A DNA stretch of 64,000 nt from positions 7,626,001-7,690,000 of the forward strand of contig OZ281500.1 of NCBI GenBank assembly GCA_965637545.1, written 5' to 3'. The notes beneath the pieces were generated by a model, which saw only the letters and a program-made list of their open reading frames with translations, did not search any database and was not told where the DNA came from. The position numbers were made by a program, and so were the translations under genes. This stretch comes from Phallusia mammillata. Its lineage: Eukaryota. Below, piece by piece: positions 1 to 12,600 of this stretch (position 1 is the stretch's first letter; each line of letters starts with the position of its first letter).

Positions 1-3000
1 TCTGTTTCCACAATGCCTACCGAGTGGCACGTAACTTGTATTCTCGACTGAGTACACTGACACATAATCGTACAAACAAGCAGGGTTTTCCTCCAACGAG
101 AACTCCACAAAATGCAAAAGAACTTGTTTGTCCTGTCCGCCTGTGCTCTTAAAACAAATTAAGCAAATGTTAGTTAATCAAGTTTAACCAATAATACGCC
201 TATCTACAACTACTGCAGTAACACAATTTGTTATGCAAGTTTGTGCAGCATACGGATAAATTCATGTATAGAACCTTAAACTAAAAAAATTACCTGAATT
301 TTCCAGGTACACTCTAGATTTGGGTAATAGGGAGATTCCCCATCAAAGTGAGGTGAAGTTATAACTCCTTTCTTTCCACGCACTATGGCGCCAAACTTTT
401 TGCACGGGTTGCCAGAAATCACCATGTCGTCGTCAGGGTCTCCTGTTAAATGCAGATCATCAATGTAAAGGAGTTACATTTGTGCGCTTTGGTCTGTGCC
501 TTACTACAATGTAACAGACCGACGGACTTAGACAACAAGCTTGTACCAAACAATAATAAACATGTTGGGCTGATCTGGGTTTACCGTATTCATCCTCTAT
601 TTCCACAATCTCAGGCACAGTGCTCTCTGCAGCGAAGACAGGTTTTCCAGTGGGTGTAATTGTGACGTGTCCCATCATGTGCTTTAGCCAGGAGATGTAC
701 CGGTGCACTTTGGTGTAGACTCCCGGCCTTCCTGCCTGTGCGCACCCAATACCCCACGAAACAACTCCAAACAGCACGTTTGCCTCATACTCAGTGCTGT
801 AACACACAAGTGGTCCACCGCTGTCTCCCTGCAAAGTCGGAATAGATTAGAAAAATGTTTTCAGGTCGAGCAAAAAAATAGCGAGCATCGGTTTTGTACA
901 AGAATGGGTTGGACTAGCAAAAATCAACTGGAAAAAAAGTAAGCGATTGAAAAAAACAAACACTTTTTTAGGTTCATTTTTGTTACGCGTTTGTAGAAGT
1001 TTTGTGTTTGGTCAGAAAATTCAATAAACCATGTCGAAGGCTTTTTCACTTTATACAAAGTAAAGACTAATTATGTGGTTCAAAAAGCATAAAAAAAATC
1101 TACCTGACATGTGTCGATGCCCCCGTGTGGAAGTCCTGCACAAAACATAAACTCAGTGATACAACCAAATGAACCAGGGGACTCGCAGACATCGTCATAC
1201 GACTGGATGCAGGCACTTTCGGCATACACGGGAAGATCGGCCTGTAATAACCAAGATTGAAAGTTTGAATTGGGTACACTTTTTTGCTAAATAATGCCTG
1301 CAGGTTGGCTGTTTATTAGGGTTGATTAATATGCCTGGTCGGAAACATTCGCGACTTGTTGTCAACGTGATTTCGTAGTGAAACAGTTGTAAGGCCTATG
1401 TTAAAGATTTTGTCGCACTAGCTTAACAATTTGCAAAGCCCGCAAAATATTCAAACGAGCGTGGCGTTATGTAAACAGTTTGTAAACAATAATTTTGTAG
1501 TTTATTCTTTATAGTTTTTTAGAAATCCTGGAATAAAAAAGCTATAAAAATTAAAACAAGGATTGTTAATTTTAGCAGTTACCTTGCGAAGTACAGAAGG
1601 CATACGATAGTGTGTTACGTTAGTAATTCCCCAACCGGAAGCCTGGCATTTTTGTCCAGCAGGTGGCAGTGGATCGTCCTCTTCACTCAGTAGACAAATC
1701 GGCTTTACAGTGTCGTCGTATACAATGTCGCCGTCCAATTCTGCACAAAAATGTGCGGTTAATTTACAGAGTGCAGCTTTAAAACAAAAACGGGTGGATG
1801 AACCTATAAGCATGATGTCATTGTTATATGTCAGGTGATCGTATGAGGGATGGATAATGATCCGCAAAATCAAAAATTGCTGCTCATTATTTTCTGCTGT
1901 TTCCTTGTCGGTGTCCCCAACTTTCACGAAGAAATCCTCTTGAATATCACTGTGAACAGCTAATATGTTAGAGACTTAAACAATAGGCTAGCTAGAACAG
2001 TGTTTATAGTATGTAGTTTCTTTGAACAACTTGTTTTTTACTTAAGGCTAAAGTGAGTTTGAACTAAGTTAATGCCCGCACAAAACAGACGAAGCGCAAC
2101 ATTTGTAGCTAGGCCATGAACCGACAATTAGGCAGATATCCTGCAACCATGGAGGTTAATTCTATTAAACATGCCTTAAAAAACTTTCAGACGAACTCTC
2201 AGATTTCATAATCAGCCAAACGGAGCTAATCACAAACCTAAACGTCCGAGTTGTAATACTTACTGGGTTGGATTGAAGCAATGTGCAGCACTTAGTATCC
2301 ATCGTACGTCGATAATTGATCCGCCGCACACCTGTAAACTACCAAAACGAATTTAAGCCAAATCAATTAAAAGTTTGACAGTCCCCAAATCTGCCCCTAA
2401 ATTTTATAAAGTTACTCCTGTTTAAAACACGTAGCCTATGTATGCAAAAATAATTATAAACAACTGTAATTCAGCATTCACTACTGTTCTAAATATACTT
2501 TCACCCACTTTCTGTTCCATAATCCCGCCTGCCAGGGAAACTCGCCAACAATGGCTGCTTTTCCTCCCACGATTCTGGACGCGTAACCCGGAGGATAGGG
2601 CCACGCAGGCCGCGAGCCACATTTATGTTCCTCTGGATTTACACCAACTACATTCAAAACGTTAGATCACTAAAATATCGAAATGACTTCACTCGAATAA
2701 AACGGTTTGACATAGCCTACCCCAGTGTTTTTAACCTTTTTGGGGGCCAAGGAACACTTTATGCATTAAAATATGCTTTCGACCACAAAACGAAAGTTTA
2801 TAATGATGCAATATACAAAAACAAGCTCACACAAACATTGTATTGTACTAACATTATTGTCATTACGCGTTAACATTCTTATTATTACACAACAATAAAT
2901 GAAGCTTAACGCGAAGAAACGTTCAAACTGGTGATAATGGGTAATTACTTTGATAAAAGAAAGCTATTTACGCCCACTGTGTTAAACCAGTGATTTTCGA

Positions 3001-3216
3001 CCGGTGTTTCAAGGAAAAATGGTCAAACTGGTAAATTTCAAATTTCCAAATTTCTTTGGGAACACCTGACAATCTTTCACAGAACACTAGTGTCCCGCAG
3101 AACACCTGTTGAAAATCACTGCCTGTTGTATGGAAGTGATAAAAATAATTTTACTTACCAATGTGCGTTGAAATAATTCCCCAAACCAAACATATTCCGA
3201 AAGTGTATCGACCCAT
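1..3216 (-). CDS. Ovochymase-like secreted trypsin-family serine protease followed by a CUB domain (multi-exon, 3' end runs off the window)
   Basis: ATG at 3216 gives a signal-like peptide ([19 protein letters not shown]). Spliced exons give the activation site CGSRP..ASR|[15 protein letters not shown], His motif LSAAHC (~2280), Asp motif YNNDIML (~1815) and GGIDTCQ|GDSGGP (Asp189, trypsin specificity), then CUB motifs ([32 protein letters not shown]; [26 protein letters not shown]) in exons at ~445-298 and ~148-1. All junctions GT-AG and in phase. The protease-then-CUB order matches ovochymases. Confidence 0.8.
2723..3121. mobile_element. Degenerate hAT-type MITE(s) in protease intron 1
   Basis: 2988-3121 has TIRs cagtgattttcgaccggtgtt / aacacctgttgaaaatcactg; a second left end cagtgtttttaacc at 2723. 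No TSD recognisable. Confidence 0.6.
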
Positions 3217-3629
3217 TTTAATTGCAACCTGAACAGAAATGCGAAAATGCGAAAAGGCGTGGCCCGTTGTAAAGTTAAACGCCATCACAAAATGACCGGT
3301 AATTTACGTGCCCATTGACAGCAAGTCCAAACGTCCAATTCCTTTTCATACGAAGCGACCTTTGTTCGTACAACAAACCTGTACACCACATTTCCCGTGT
3401 TCACAATGCCTACGAACAGCCAATAGGAGAGCTCGTACGCCAAAAATACCAACAAATCAGTTACACGTGGATCTGGTGTATTTCGCACAACAAACAATTT
3501 GTGTCACAATTTCGAAACGTCACCACACACGTGGCCTTTGCCCATCGGATGCTGTCAGAAGTCGAGAATGATTTTGCTGCGTTTGGCTATGTACAAAAGC
3601 TGAATGTTGTTTTGTTTAACATACGGCAT

Positions 3630-6600
3630 TCAGAAGAAATCCATGTCTTCAGGTGCGTCCAAATCCTGGTAACCAACGATAGGACGCGACGAGTACGAGT
3701 CGCTGAAAATTAAAACGTTAGGTTATTTATTAAACCAGCGAAGTCACCTTCGCAAAGCAACGCTTTTCCTGCGCTATAATGTAGGCCAGGGGTCAGCAAG
3801 TAGTGGGTAGGTGACCGTCAAAATTATTGTCATGTTTCTTGGTTGCCTGCACGGACTGTTTGCCTTGTTACCAGCGCTTGTAAAATGTGCTTTGCCACTG
3901 TCTGTTTGTTTAATACGTCAACGTAACTACGTCACGGTAACCGTTAAGTTGGCAGCAATTGTCAGTGTGTAAAAGTGTAGTAAATCTGGTGAGAGTTTGA
4001 TTTGTTAGGTAAAACATCGGGCTAAAAAATAGATAAAATGCTTCGCTTTTGTATAATTTGTGTAACGAGAAGGGTTTATTATTATCGGTCGCGTTGAGAA
4101 TGTTTTCGTATTTGTGGACCCCGATTTAGGGAAAACTACGACTGGCAAGGATTTAAATTTTGGAAACAAGCCATTACATACGTTAATAAGGGGGTGGTTA
4201 TTAAAGCAATTAAACACATTTTGATGCCCAAACCATAGAACATCCCCACAGCACATGTTCCACTCCAGTTTTACTTACTTTGGTCGCATTTCGCGGCCTT
4301 TCGGCGGGTAAGTTCTTCCCGCTCCGTTTCCATACGGGTTCGGCGGCCTCTGAAACTGGGGAGTCGAAAATGGTCCGCGTCCTATAATAACAACAGTTTA
4401 CCAATGCTTGTGAAGTGTTAGGTATTGCCAAGGACATTAAAACCAAGAATCGGGATTTAGGTTTTTGATCCGTATTTTTTCTTACCTTGTTCAGCCCTGA
4501 ACGGTGGTGTACCATGGGGTGGACCGTACCCTCGCCCCGGTGGTGGACCCCCATACCCCGGTGTAGGGGGATGTTGGGGTCCAGATGGGGGTCCACCTGG
4601 CGCTGTTTTCGGTCCTTGACCTTCAAGTGGTCCTGGACGGCGAGGATCCATTAAGTAGTTGTTGAAGTAAAGCACGTCTTTCTTGACTGCCTCGACTTTG
4701 TCATTGTGTTTATTGAAAATGTGCTTTCGGATGTAATCAGGTCCCTAGAGCAAGATAGATTGAGTTGTTGCGTTTTAGATATCATTTGATACAGCTAGGA
4801 ACTGTAGTATCGCTTTATAATTGTGCTTAACTTACTTTGAACTTCTTTCCACTTAGCGGACACAACCATTTATCCTTGCCCAATTCCTGTGTGTTGGCCT
4901 TAATGAACTTCTCAACCTCAGTATCAACATCTTTAGGGCCTAAAAACAAACGGGAATTTTTCAAACATTTTCAACATTATTTTCGAACAGGAAAACGACA
5001 TTATGTGACATTTTAATTGTATTCACAAACTACAAAAGACTACCGTATCATATTAAATAGTTGCAAGGTCAACTTTGTCATTTACCGAGTTTCTTGGACT
5101 CTTCTTCAGTAAGTTTGTCCTTGAAGTTGAGAATATGAACCAGTTTGTCGTTAAATCGCTTCTGGAACTCATTGATGTCCGACTTGGTGAGCATGTTGGG
5201 TGGGACTGGGCCTCGAGCATGGACAATGCCACACCTACGTACAAACAAAGAGGTCTTACTTATACATGCAATACACCTAAGCATGGTGTTTGGGCGCCTA
5301 AAATAGAGGTTATTGTAAAACATTATGTTCGTGTTTTGCAACATTTTACCCTTTCGGCTAATAGGGTGATATAGACTAGGAATGGGTGAGCCGAGCCAGA
5401 ACCCGAGTACTCGGTACCGAGCATCGCTGTTTTTGATGCTCGGTGCTCGGCCGAGCGGTTGCACAAACTGACCAGAGTACTAAATTTGCAGATTTATACT
5501 AACATAATAAACTTCTGATAAAAGGGTATACAAGAACAATAATGACTGTTTATTTAAATGCGTTATGATTGTGAAAAAACGCGTACTTCTAGGGGCAGGG
5601 GTGGCCAAACTGTGGCTCTCGAGCCGCATGCGGCTCTTGGATGCTACATATGCGTTCCCCATCTTACAGTTGTTTGACCAGATGGCAAAGGGTCATTTGA
5701 CATAACCAATGTACATTCCGAAAACCAACCGAAAATAACATTATTGTACAGAAGCGTGCTAGATTGTGCATTGTAGTCAAATATATTTTTGGATTTAAGC
5801 TGTAAGTCAGGGCTGACATTGAAAGCAGTTTACATTTGTATTGCAGCTTCTACTAGCAATAACTGCAAAGTTTAAACCTGTGTGTCTTATCTGTCAAGCT
5901 TCGCTCAATCATTACAAAACTAGTAACTTGAAACGTCATTACGAAGCTAAACACAAAACTTTCCCATCATATCAGCCTAATTTCAAACACCTTGCAGCCC
6001 AGGTGGAGACTCACAGTATCACACTGCAACAATAATCATTATTTGATAGCATACACTTCGTTGTGAGTGAATAAATTCGTTTTTTTGATTTTTTTGTGTT
6101 GCGGCTCTTTTAAAACTAAGTTATGTGATATAGCTCGAGCGTGAAGCAGGTCTGGCCACCCCTGTTCTAGGGCCTGTACAGCTTTTGTACCGCTGGTGAC
6201 GTAAGCAACCTTGGTGACGTAAGCGATCTTGTAAAACTAGCTGGAATGGGAGAAGAATGAAATGTTTGTGACGTCATAATGCACCCAAGCGTGCTCGGCC
6301 GAGTACCGATCATTAACGGGAGAAGCTCGGAACACTTGCAGTTTTGGCCCATCCCTAATATAGACCTTATCTCCAGACTGGTTCATTTAAATCTATGCGA
6401 GTACAAAAATACAAAATATAAACATTGGAGTATCGGACAGAGTGAATTAAAATGTTCCTTTAGAAATGGTTAAAGATTTTAGTTATGTCAAGTTTTCTCA
6501 AATTACGACTAATAAAAGTGTCGTTAAGTAACACTCTTTTAACTTCGTTTCTGACAAGCGTGGCAATTTCATAACCTCATTTCACCTGTTCGGCATTTCG

Positions 6601-9600
6601 TCTTCACATGGATATTCGCTTGCATTGTAATAATCTACTGAGTGGACGATTCTCAAATAGTAGAGAAGTCTGTCCAAAATCTACAACAATAAAGGTTTTT
6701 GCAGATTAGTGATCAATTTTTTATGAAAACTTAATTGGCAATATAGTACAGAATATAAACATACACGTCTGTCTATCATTCTAAAAAGAACTGTGATTAC
6801 GTTTCGACAACCTGTCGCAAATTTCAACATAATCATACTTCTTCATTATTCTGTATTTGTTTTACATTTAATGTTTTGGAAAGTGTCCACAGCAGTGGTT
6901 CTTAACCGGGGTTCGATCGAACCGGCATTTATATTTGCCAAAAAATGGCATTTATATTTGCCAAATATCAAAACGCTTACACTAAGGCAGGGGTGCACAA
7001 CCTGCCGCCGCAGAGTCGATTTGTGCGGCCGGGAACATATGTACAGGCGGCCATGACGTAAACTCTTTTGCTAAGTATTTTGATTTTTAAACTGCTCTAA
7101 ACAGTTTTTGTGATACTGAAAAGAGTATTACCAGCCTAATTACCATATGCGTCAGATTTCTTGTACGCCTATTGTGTGCAAACAATACGAACAAAATAGG
7201 TACCACAAGCATCACAATATAGATTATTACATCATAAACACTTAAGACTGGATCTCCACGCTGTGCAGCTCAATCTGTGCACCAAGCTAGAAAAAAATCT
7301 ATTAGATGTTATACATATGATATAAACCAAGTATTTTAAAACAAAAAAGCAGGTAGATGGTGGCCGTTGGTGAAATAGAAATCTGCGATGCGGCCGTCCT
7401 AGCAAAATGGTTGTGCACCCCTGCAATGAGGTTTTATTTTCTTTTTTTGACGTAACAAAGAACACTGTGCGCGTTGTTCGCAACCAGAAAACAACGAAAT
7501 TTTGTTGGCAGCAAAAACTTATTACTTCATCTTTTTCATGTTTGTGACAGATGCTAAAAATACAATGCTTCATTTTGGTAAAAACCAAAAATTGCCGAAA
7601 TTAAAGTAATCCTGAAACAAGTTGCTCGTATTATTATGTCAGAATTTAACAAAATGGCAAACGGTAACTGTCACCATCATGTTTGGTCTAAATCTCATTA
7701 TGACAAAAACAAAATGGGTAAAAATCTAAGATGTAACTTTGGGGTTCGACCAAAGGCTAAAGAATATCGTAGGGGTTCGGCCGTTATAAAAAGGTTAAGA
7801 ACCACTGGTCCACAGCAAGTTGGTCAAATCTAAAACCAAACTGCGTAAGGGGCCAAATTAAAAACACAGTGAAACACAACAATGTACCTTGATCAGTTCC
7901 GGGTCTCTTGTGATTTTCACTGTCGCCTCTCCAGGTTCTTCTCCCTCCTCCTTATCTTTGTCTTCTTTCTCTCCGAGCAGCTCCTCCTCCTCAGCGCTCG
8001 TCTCATCAACCAAATATTCGGAGATGTTTTTCAGCCACGGATTTTCCCCTTGAATTTTGGTGACCTTTTTTTCTGCACCTTCTTCCCCGCTTGGCTCTGT
8101 TACCTAACACAAATACATAATGGGTTAGACTGACATAGTCCGGACAAACATATCGTTGTTGAGTAACTCTATTTACATACTTTGGTATAATGAAACAATT
8201 TTGTGTACTAGGTAAAGCTACTAACAGCATATCTCACGGCAGCCCAACATCTAGCTAAATTTCGATAGGTGGCGCAAAGGGCTAAAATTTCAAGTTTTAA
8301 GTTAGTTTTAATGGATTTGAATGATAATACCTTCACCAACCCAAATAACATCGGAGAAGTATCGTTTTGACAGGTATTCGTGCTCTTTACGCCCCCTATC
8401 GAAATTTAGTTAAACATGCAGACAACGTGAGGTATGGCGTTAGTGGACTTTCCTTCTTCAAAAGAGTGATAATAATTTACGACTGTAAATGTCCACAGTG
8501 ATTTCAAGTCAAATGACTTGGTACTAAAAAACTCCAAACGGTCTGTTCTTGTTACAAAGCCTGAAATTCATTGTATTTTTGTTTTGTCAATCCTTACAGC
8601 GTTTCATCTTTCAAAAAATAAAAGTGCGTTAAAAAGTATTCCTGGTATTACGAGTCACCAACCTCCTTTTCCCATATCTTCCACTTTTCGTCGAGGTGCA
8701 TGATGAGTCTGGCGATATTACGCAGATCATTCCGTGCGCAGCTGGGATGTTGCGAAATTCCTGATATCGGTCGAACACGCCGTGCAAGGTCACGATTCAC
8801 CACTGGATTCAACTCCAGATCACGAAGCTGAAAAGAGTTTGTTGTAGTTGTGTTTGTTAAATAACACAATGCCTGGCTTATAAGTGTAAACCAGTGTTTT
8901 AAGCGGACCCAAACCGGAAGGTACAAGTCCGAAATCCGGCCCTGATGTAACATATTTTTAACGCAAAGCCTGACTTTGGCCCGAAAGTTGGTGACATTGC
9001 GGCACAAATAAAGCTATGTGTGATGCCAGGACCAAATACATATTTTATTTAAACTTAAGTCTAAACGCGGCCTAAAAAGCCCGGCCCCACATACAACTCT
9101 GGTTTCGACACCCAAGATTTGTCTGCAAAATAAAACTTATGCATGCGAATCTCCTTTTGAAACTGCTTCTGGTTGTGTTTGGCTATAGACAAATTACAGT
9201 CTTACCCTTAAGTTGTTGAGATTCCAGCAGATGTCCTTGATGTTCACGCTTCGGTCAAATGTAACCCAGCAGCGGCGATAGAAACGACTGAAAGTATGTT
9301 ATGATAAATATCCTGCTGCCATAACCAATAAATAGTTACATACAAATTTATTCAAATTCACTTTTAGCTAGGTATGAATTCATCCGTTACTCTATGTCCA
9401 ATTTTAAAAATAATTGTGTAGAGTCTCTATGCATATTAAAATTAAGTACAGTAAAGTGCTACCGAAGTCAACAAAAACGATGGCAAGTGAGTTCGATTCT
9501 AAAGTCTTACTTTCTGTCCTCCAGTGGATGGGAGAATGCAACACGTATGAAACCAGGAAATCTTTTGCATAAGTTAACGATCTCTTGTTTGGTAACAGAA

Positions 9601-12600
9601 GGTGGCAAGTTGCGCATAAATATGGAGTGAGTGCGGTGAAGGGCTCTCGGTTTTGGAGTACTAGCCACCTTTAAAATAATTACATACATAAGATACAAAT
9701 GACTCAAGATTCATTGTATGGGAAAGAAAAATCTTACCTCTCCTTCTTCTGATTTGGTTTCGCTCTCTTTAATTGGTGGTTTTTCTGCAATAACAAAAAA
9801 TCATAAACTGTGCTTGTACAAAAATCGTCTTGAATCAACGCACGCTCTCTAGAGACAAGTCCATTTGGGATAATATACACCAAACTAAAGCTTTCAGTAC
9901 ACTAAAATCAATCTGTGCTTTTCCGTATGCAATGTAATAGCCTGCATTTGAATAAAAACTGATGATGCTATTATATGGGCGATATCAATTTTTATATGTT
10001 ACGTTGCATAACGCAAAACACTGATTAAATGGTACTGAAAGTTTGGTATTTTAAAAAAGGCATTAATACCAAAACTTCAGGGATCAATAAACTCTATTTT
10101 GAAGAATTTCCTCAAATTTTAAACAACAGAACTTATAGAATAACTTGCTAACTTGCCACTTTGCAACCTGTTAGGGTGTGATTGTAAACAACATAATATA
10201 GTTAGAAGTGTGGAAAGCCTACCTCCACCTTCAGTAGCATCTTGTTTCACCTCAGATTCCTTAGCAGCACCTTAACAACAGAACAAAGTAAAAATCTAAT
10301 CATAAACATACAATACAAGCCATCTTATGTTTACCAGCATCAGAGTCACTATCACTAGAACCTTCCCCATCTTCATCATCATATCCCATGTAACCACGAT
10401 CCCGCTTTTTCTTTGTCTTCTTTTCACCTGCTTGTTCTGAAGACTGAAAATAACACACGGATAACAGAAAAGGGCTCAATATTTTTTTTCAGTATTGATT
10501 GGCTTGTACATGCGTATGTTACATCAAAGTATGGCCGCACACAGATACGAACATTACAAATTTTTATGCTGAAAAATGAACAAGGTAAAAAGAAAAAAAT
10601 CAATACAATAATTCTTTCAGTATTGGTTGGTTTGTATGCTAAAGTAGTATGTAACATGGACGTATGACTGCACTCCGATATATAAAAACTTCGCAACTAG
10701 AAATGCTTTTGACACATCTATATTCTTAGCATATCATTTTGAAAAGTGTTGTACTCAAAAATATGATGTAGCTAATTGTCCCCACCTCAGCTGACTCTCC
10801 AGGTTTCTGTTCAACCAGTTGTTTATACAACTGTGCTTGTTTCTTTAATTCATACTGCTCTTCGGTCAAGGCTTCCGGCTGCAAAAAATGATTACTTTCA
10901 CCATGTATATATTGCATGTTGACTAGACATTTGCAATGTTCTCACATTTACTGGTTCTGGATCCTTTGCATCTTGGTCTGAAGCACTGGGTGGTTTTTCT
11001 GGTTCTGCTTTTTGTGCTTGAACAGCACTTTCAGCTTCAAGCTGCATTGGATCCATGTCAAATACCTTTAAATCTTCTGATGTGCCACCCTCCATTAGTA
11101 TCACAGCTGCAAAGAACACAAACAGATGTTTACTGAAACTATATCATCAGGTCTGCCATCGACATGAACCCCAAAATCAGTACAACAGAAAAATTAAATT
11201 TGCCTTCGAAACGCAACAAATGTTTTTGAATGAATCTTTGTATTTATACTAGTCATGAGATATCATACGCCATATTTTTTTGTCAGAAACAATCTGCTAC
11301 AGTAACTCATCGTTCGCAGACAATACTTTGCACTTCTCATGACAGCTCAGGTCTAGGTTTAATTCTACTTGCAGCAGAGGGAGTTGATTTGTAATGGTTA
11401 AAAATGAAACAAACTAAGGACTCAAGTCAAAAACAAAGACATTTCTTAGAAAAAAGGGACAATAATTTGTTCTAAAATAAGGAAAAATCTTAGTTTTTTT
11501 ATTTTAGTGGTAAAATAATGGAAATCTCAGTTTAAAAACAATGCAAAAAGACAAACTAATCCAAATAATATGGTTTCATATAACTGCAACCATTTAAGTG
11601 CAAATAAATGAAACAGACGGTAACTTGAATTTTTACACAAAACTATGCATTATACCTGAGTCAAGTACTTTCACAATTTCCGGCTCATTTTGAAGATCCA
11701 AATCGATACCATTGTACAATGCAAGATCAGTGAGCTTTTGAAAAACCTCAGCTCTCCACTTGATACAGGTTTGCTGGTCTTTAAAACACTTGTCTGCTTC
11801 ATCAGGGTGATACTTTTCCTTAAACCTAATGTAATGATAAACAAGCTTTATTTAGCACGTGTTAGGGCATATATAAATAGTGTACCAAAGGCCTATGTAA
11901 TGCGCAGCGCTTACATTATTTATGAAAAATTCAGTGAGATGATATCATGTTAGTCACCCAAAATCTAATAAAAAATCTTTGCACCAACAAGTGATGCATC
12001 AATTTAAATGACGGTTTTTGCGATACAATTTATTCATGGCAAGAACTTTTTCTATTTGGAATAATACCATACTTCACAACCACAATGTGACATAACTAAA
12101 TGCTAAAGGCTATTTGCTCAGTTTGCTAAGAGTAAAAAACTAAGTTAAATGCACAAGTCATACCACTGGTCCTGTTTATAATTAAAAAAAAAGTTGCAAA
12201 AAACACAATCTTTTTTAATTATAACATGCTTTACCTTTGTTATTGGAAACTCGATCAAATATGCTTACATAAAAACCACTGTCTAGGATACAGAATACAC
12301 TCTGACTAACTCATATCATATCAGAAATACAACAAAACTATCTGTTTTCAGTATACAGTTTGAATCTCTGTGCTAATAACCAAATTCAATGGTTTCCATT
12401 TCAATAACAGATATAACTGATTTCTTTGGGTTTTGGGAATAAAGTGAATTGCTTCATTGAAGATCCTGTCAATAAAAAGTAGTTGTAATTTTAATACTTC
12501 CTATATCTGCTGACTGCAGATGACAATTATGTGGCTTATGTAACTGCAGGTATGTATATGGTTGCTTTGGTAAACATAATTGTCATTTACCATTCTTCGT

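Noticed and set aside
3285-3713. ORFs of 70-132 aa on both strands just past the SRRT stop
   Set aside because: They lie in the SRRT last exon and 3' UTR, show no recognisable motifs and have no supporting splice chain.
8410-8484. Acceptor-like atttacag with a short open frame in an SRRT intron
   Set aside because: Out of phase with the preceding exon (immediate TAA) and no clear donor; flanking exons already join in frame.
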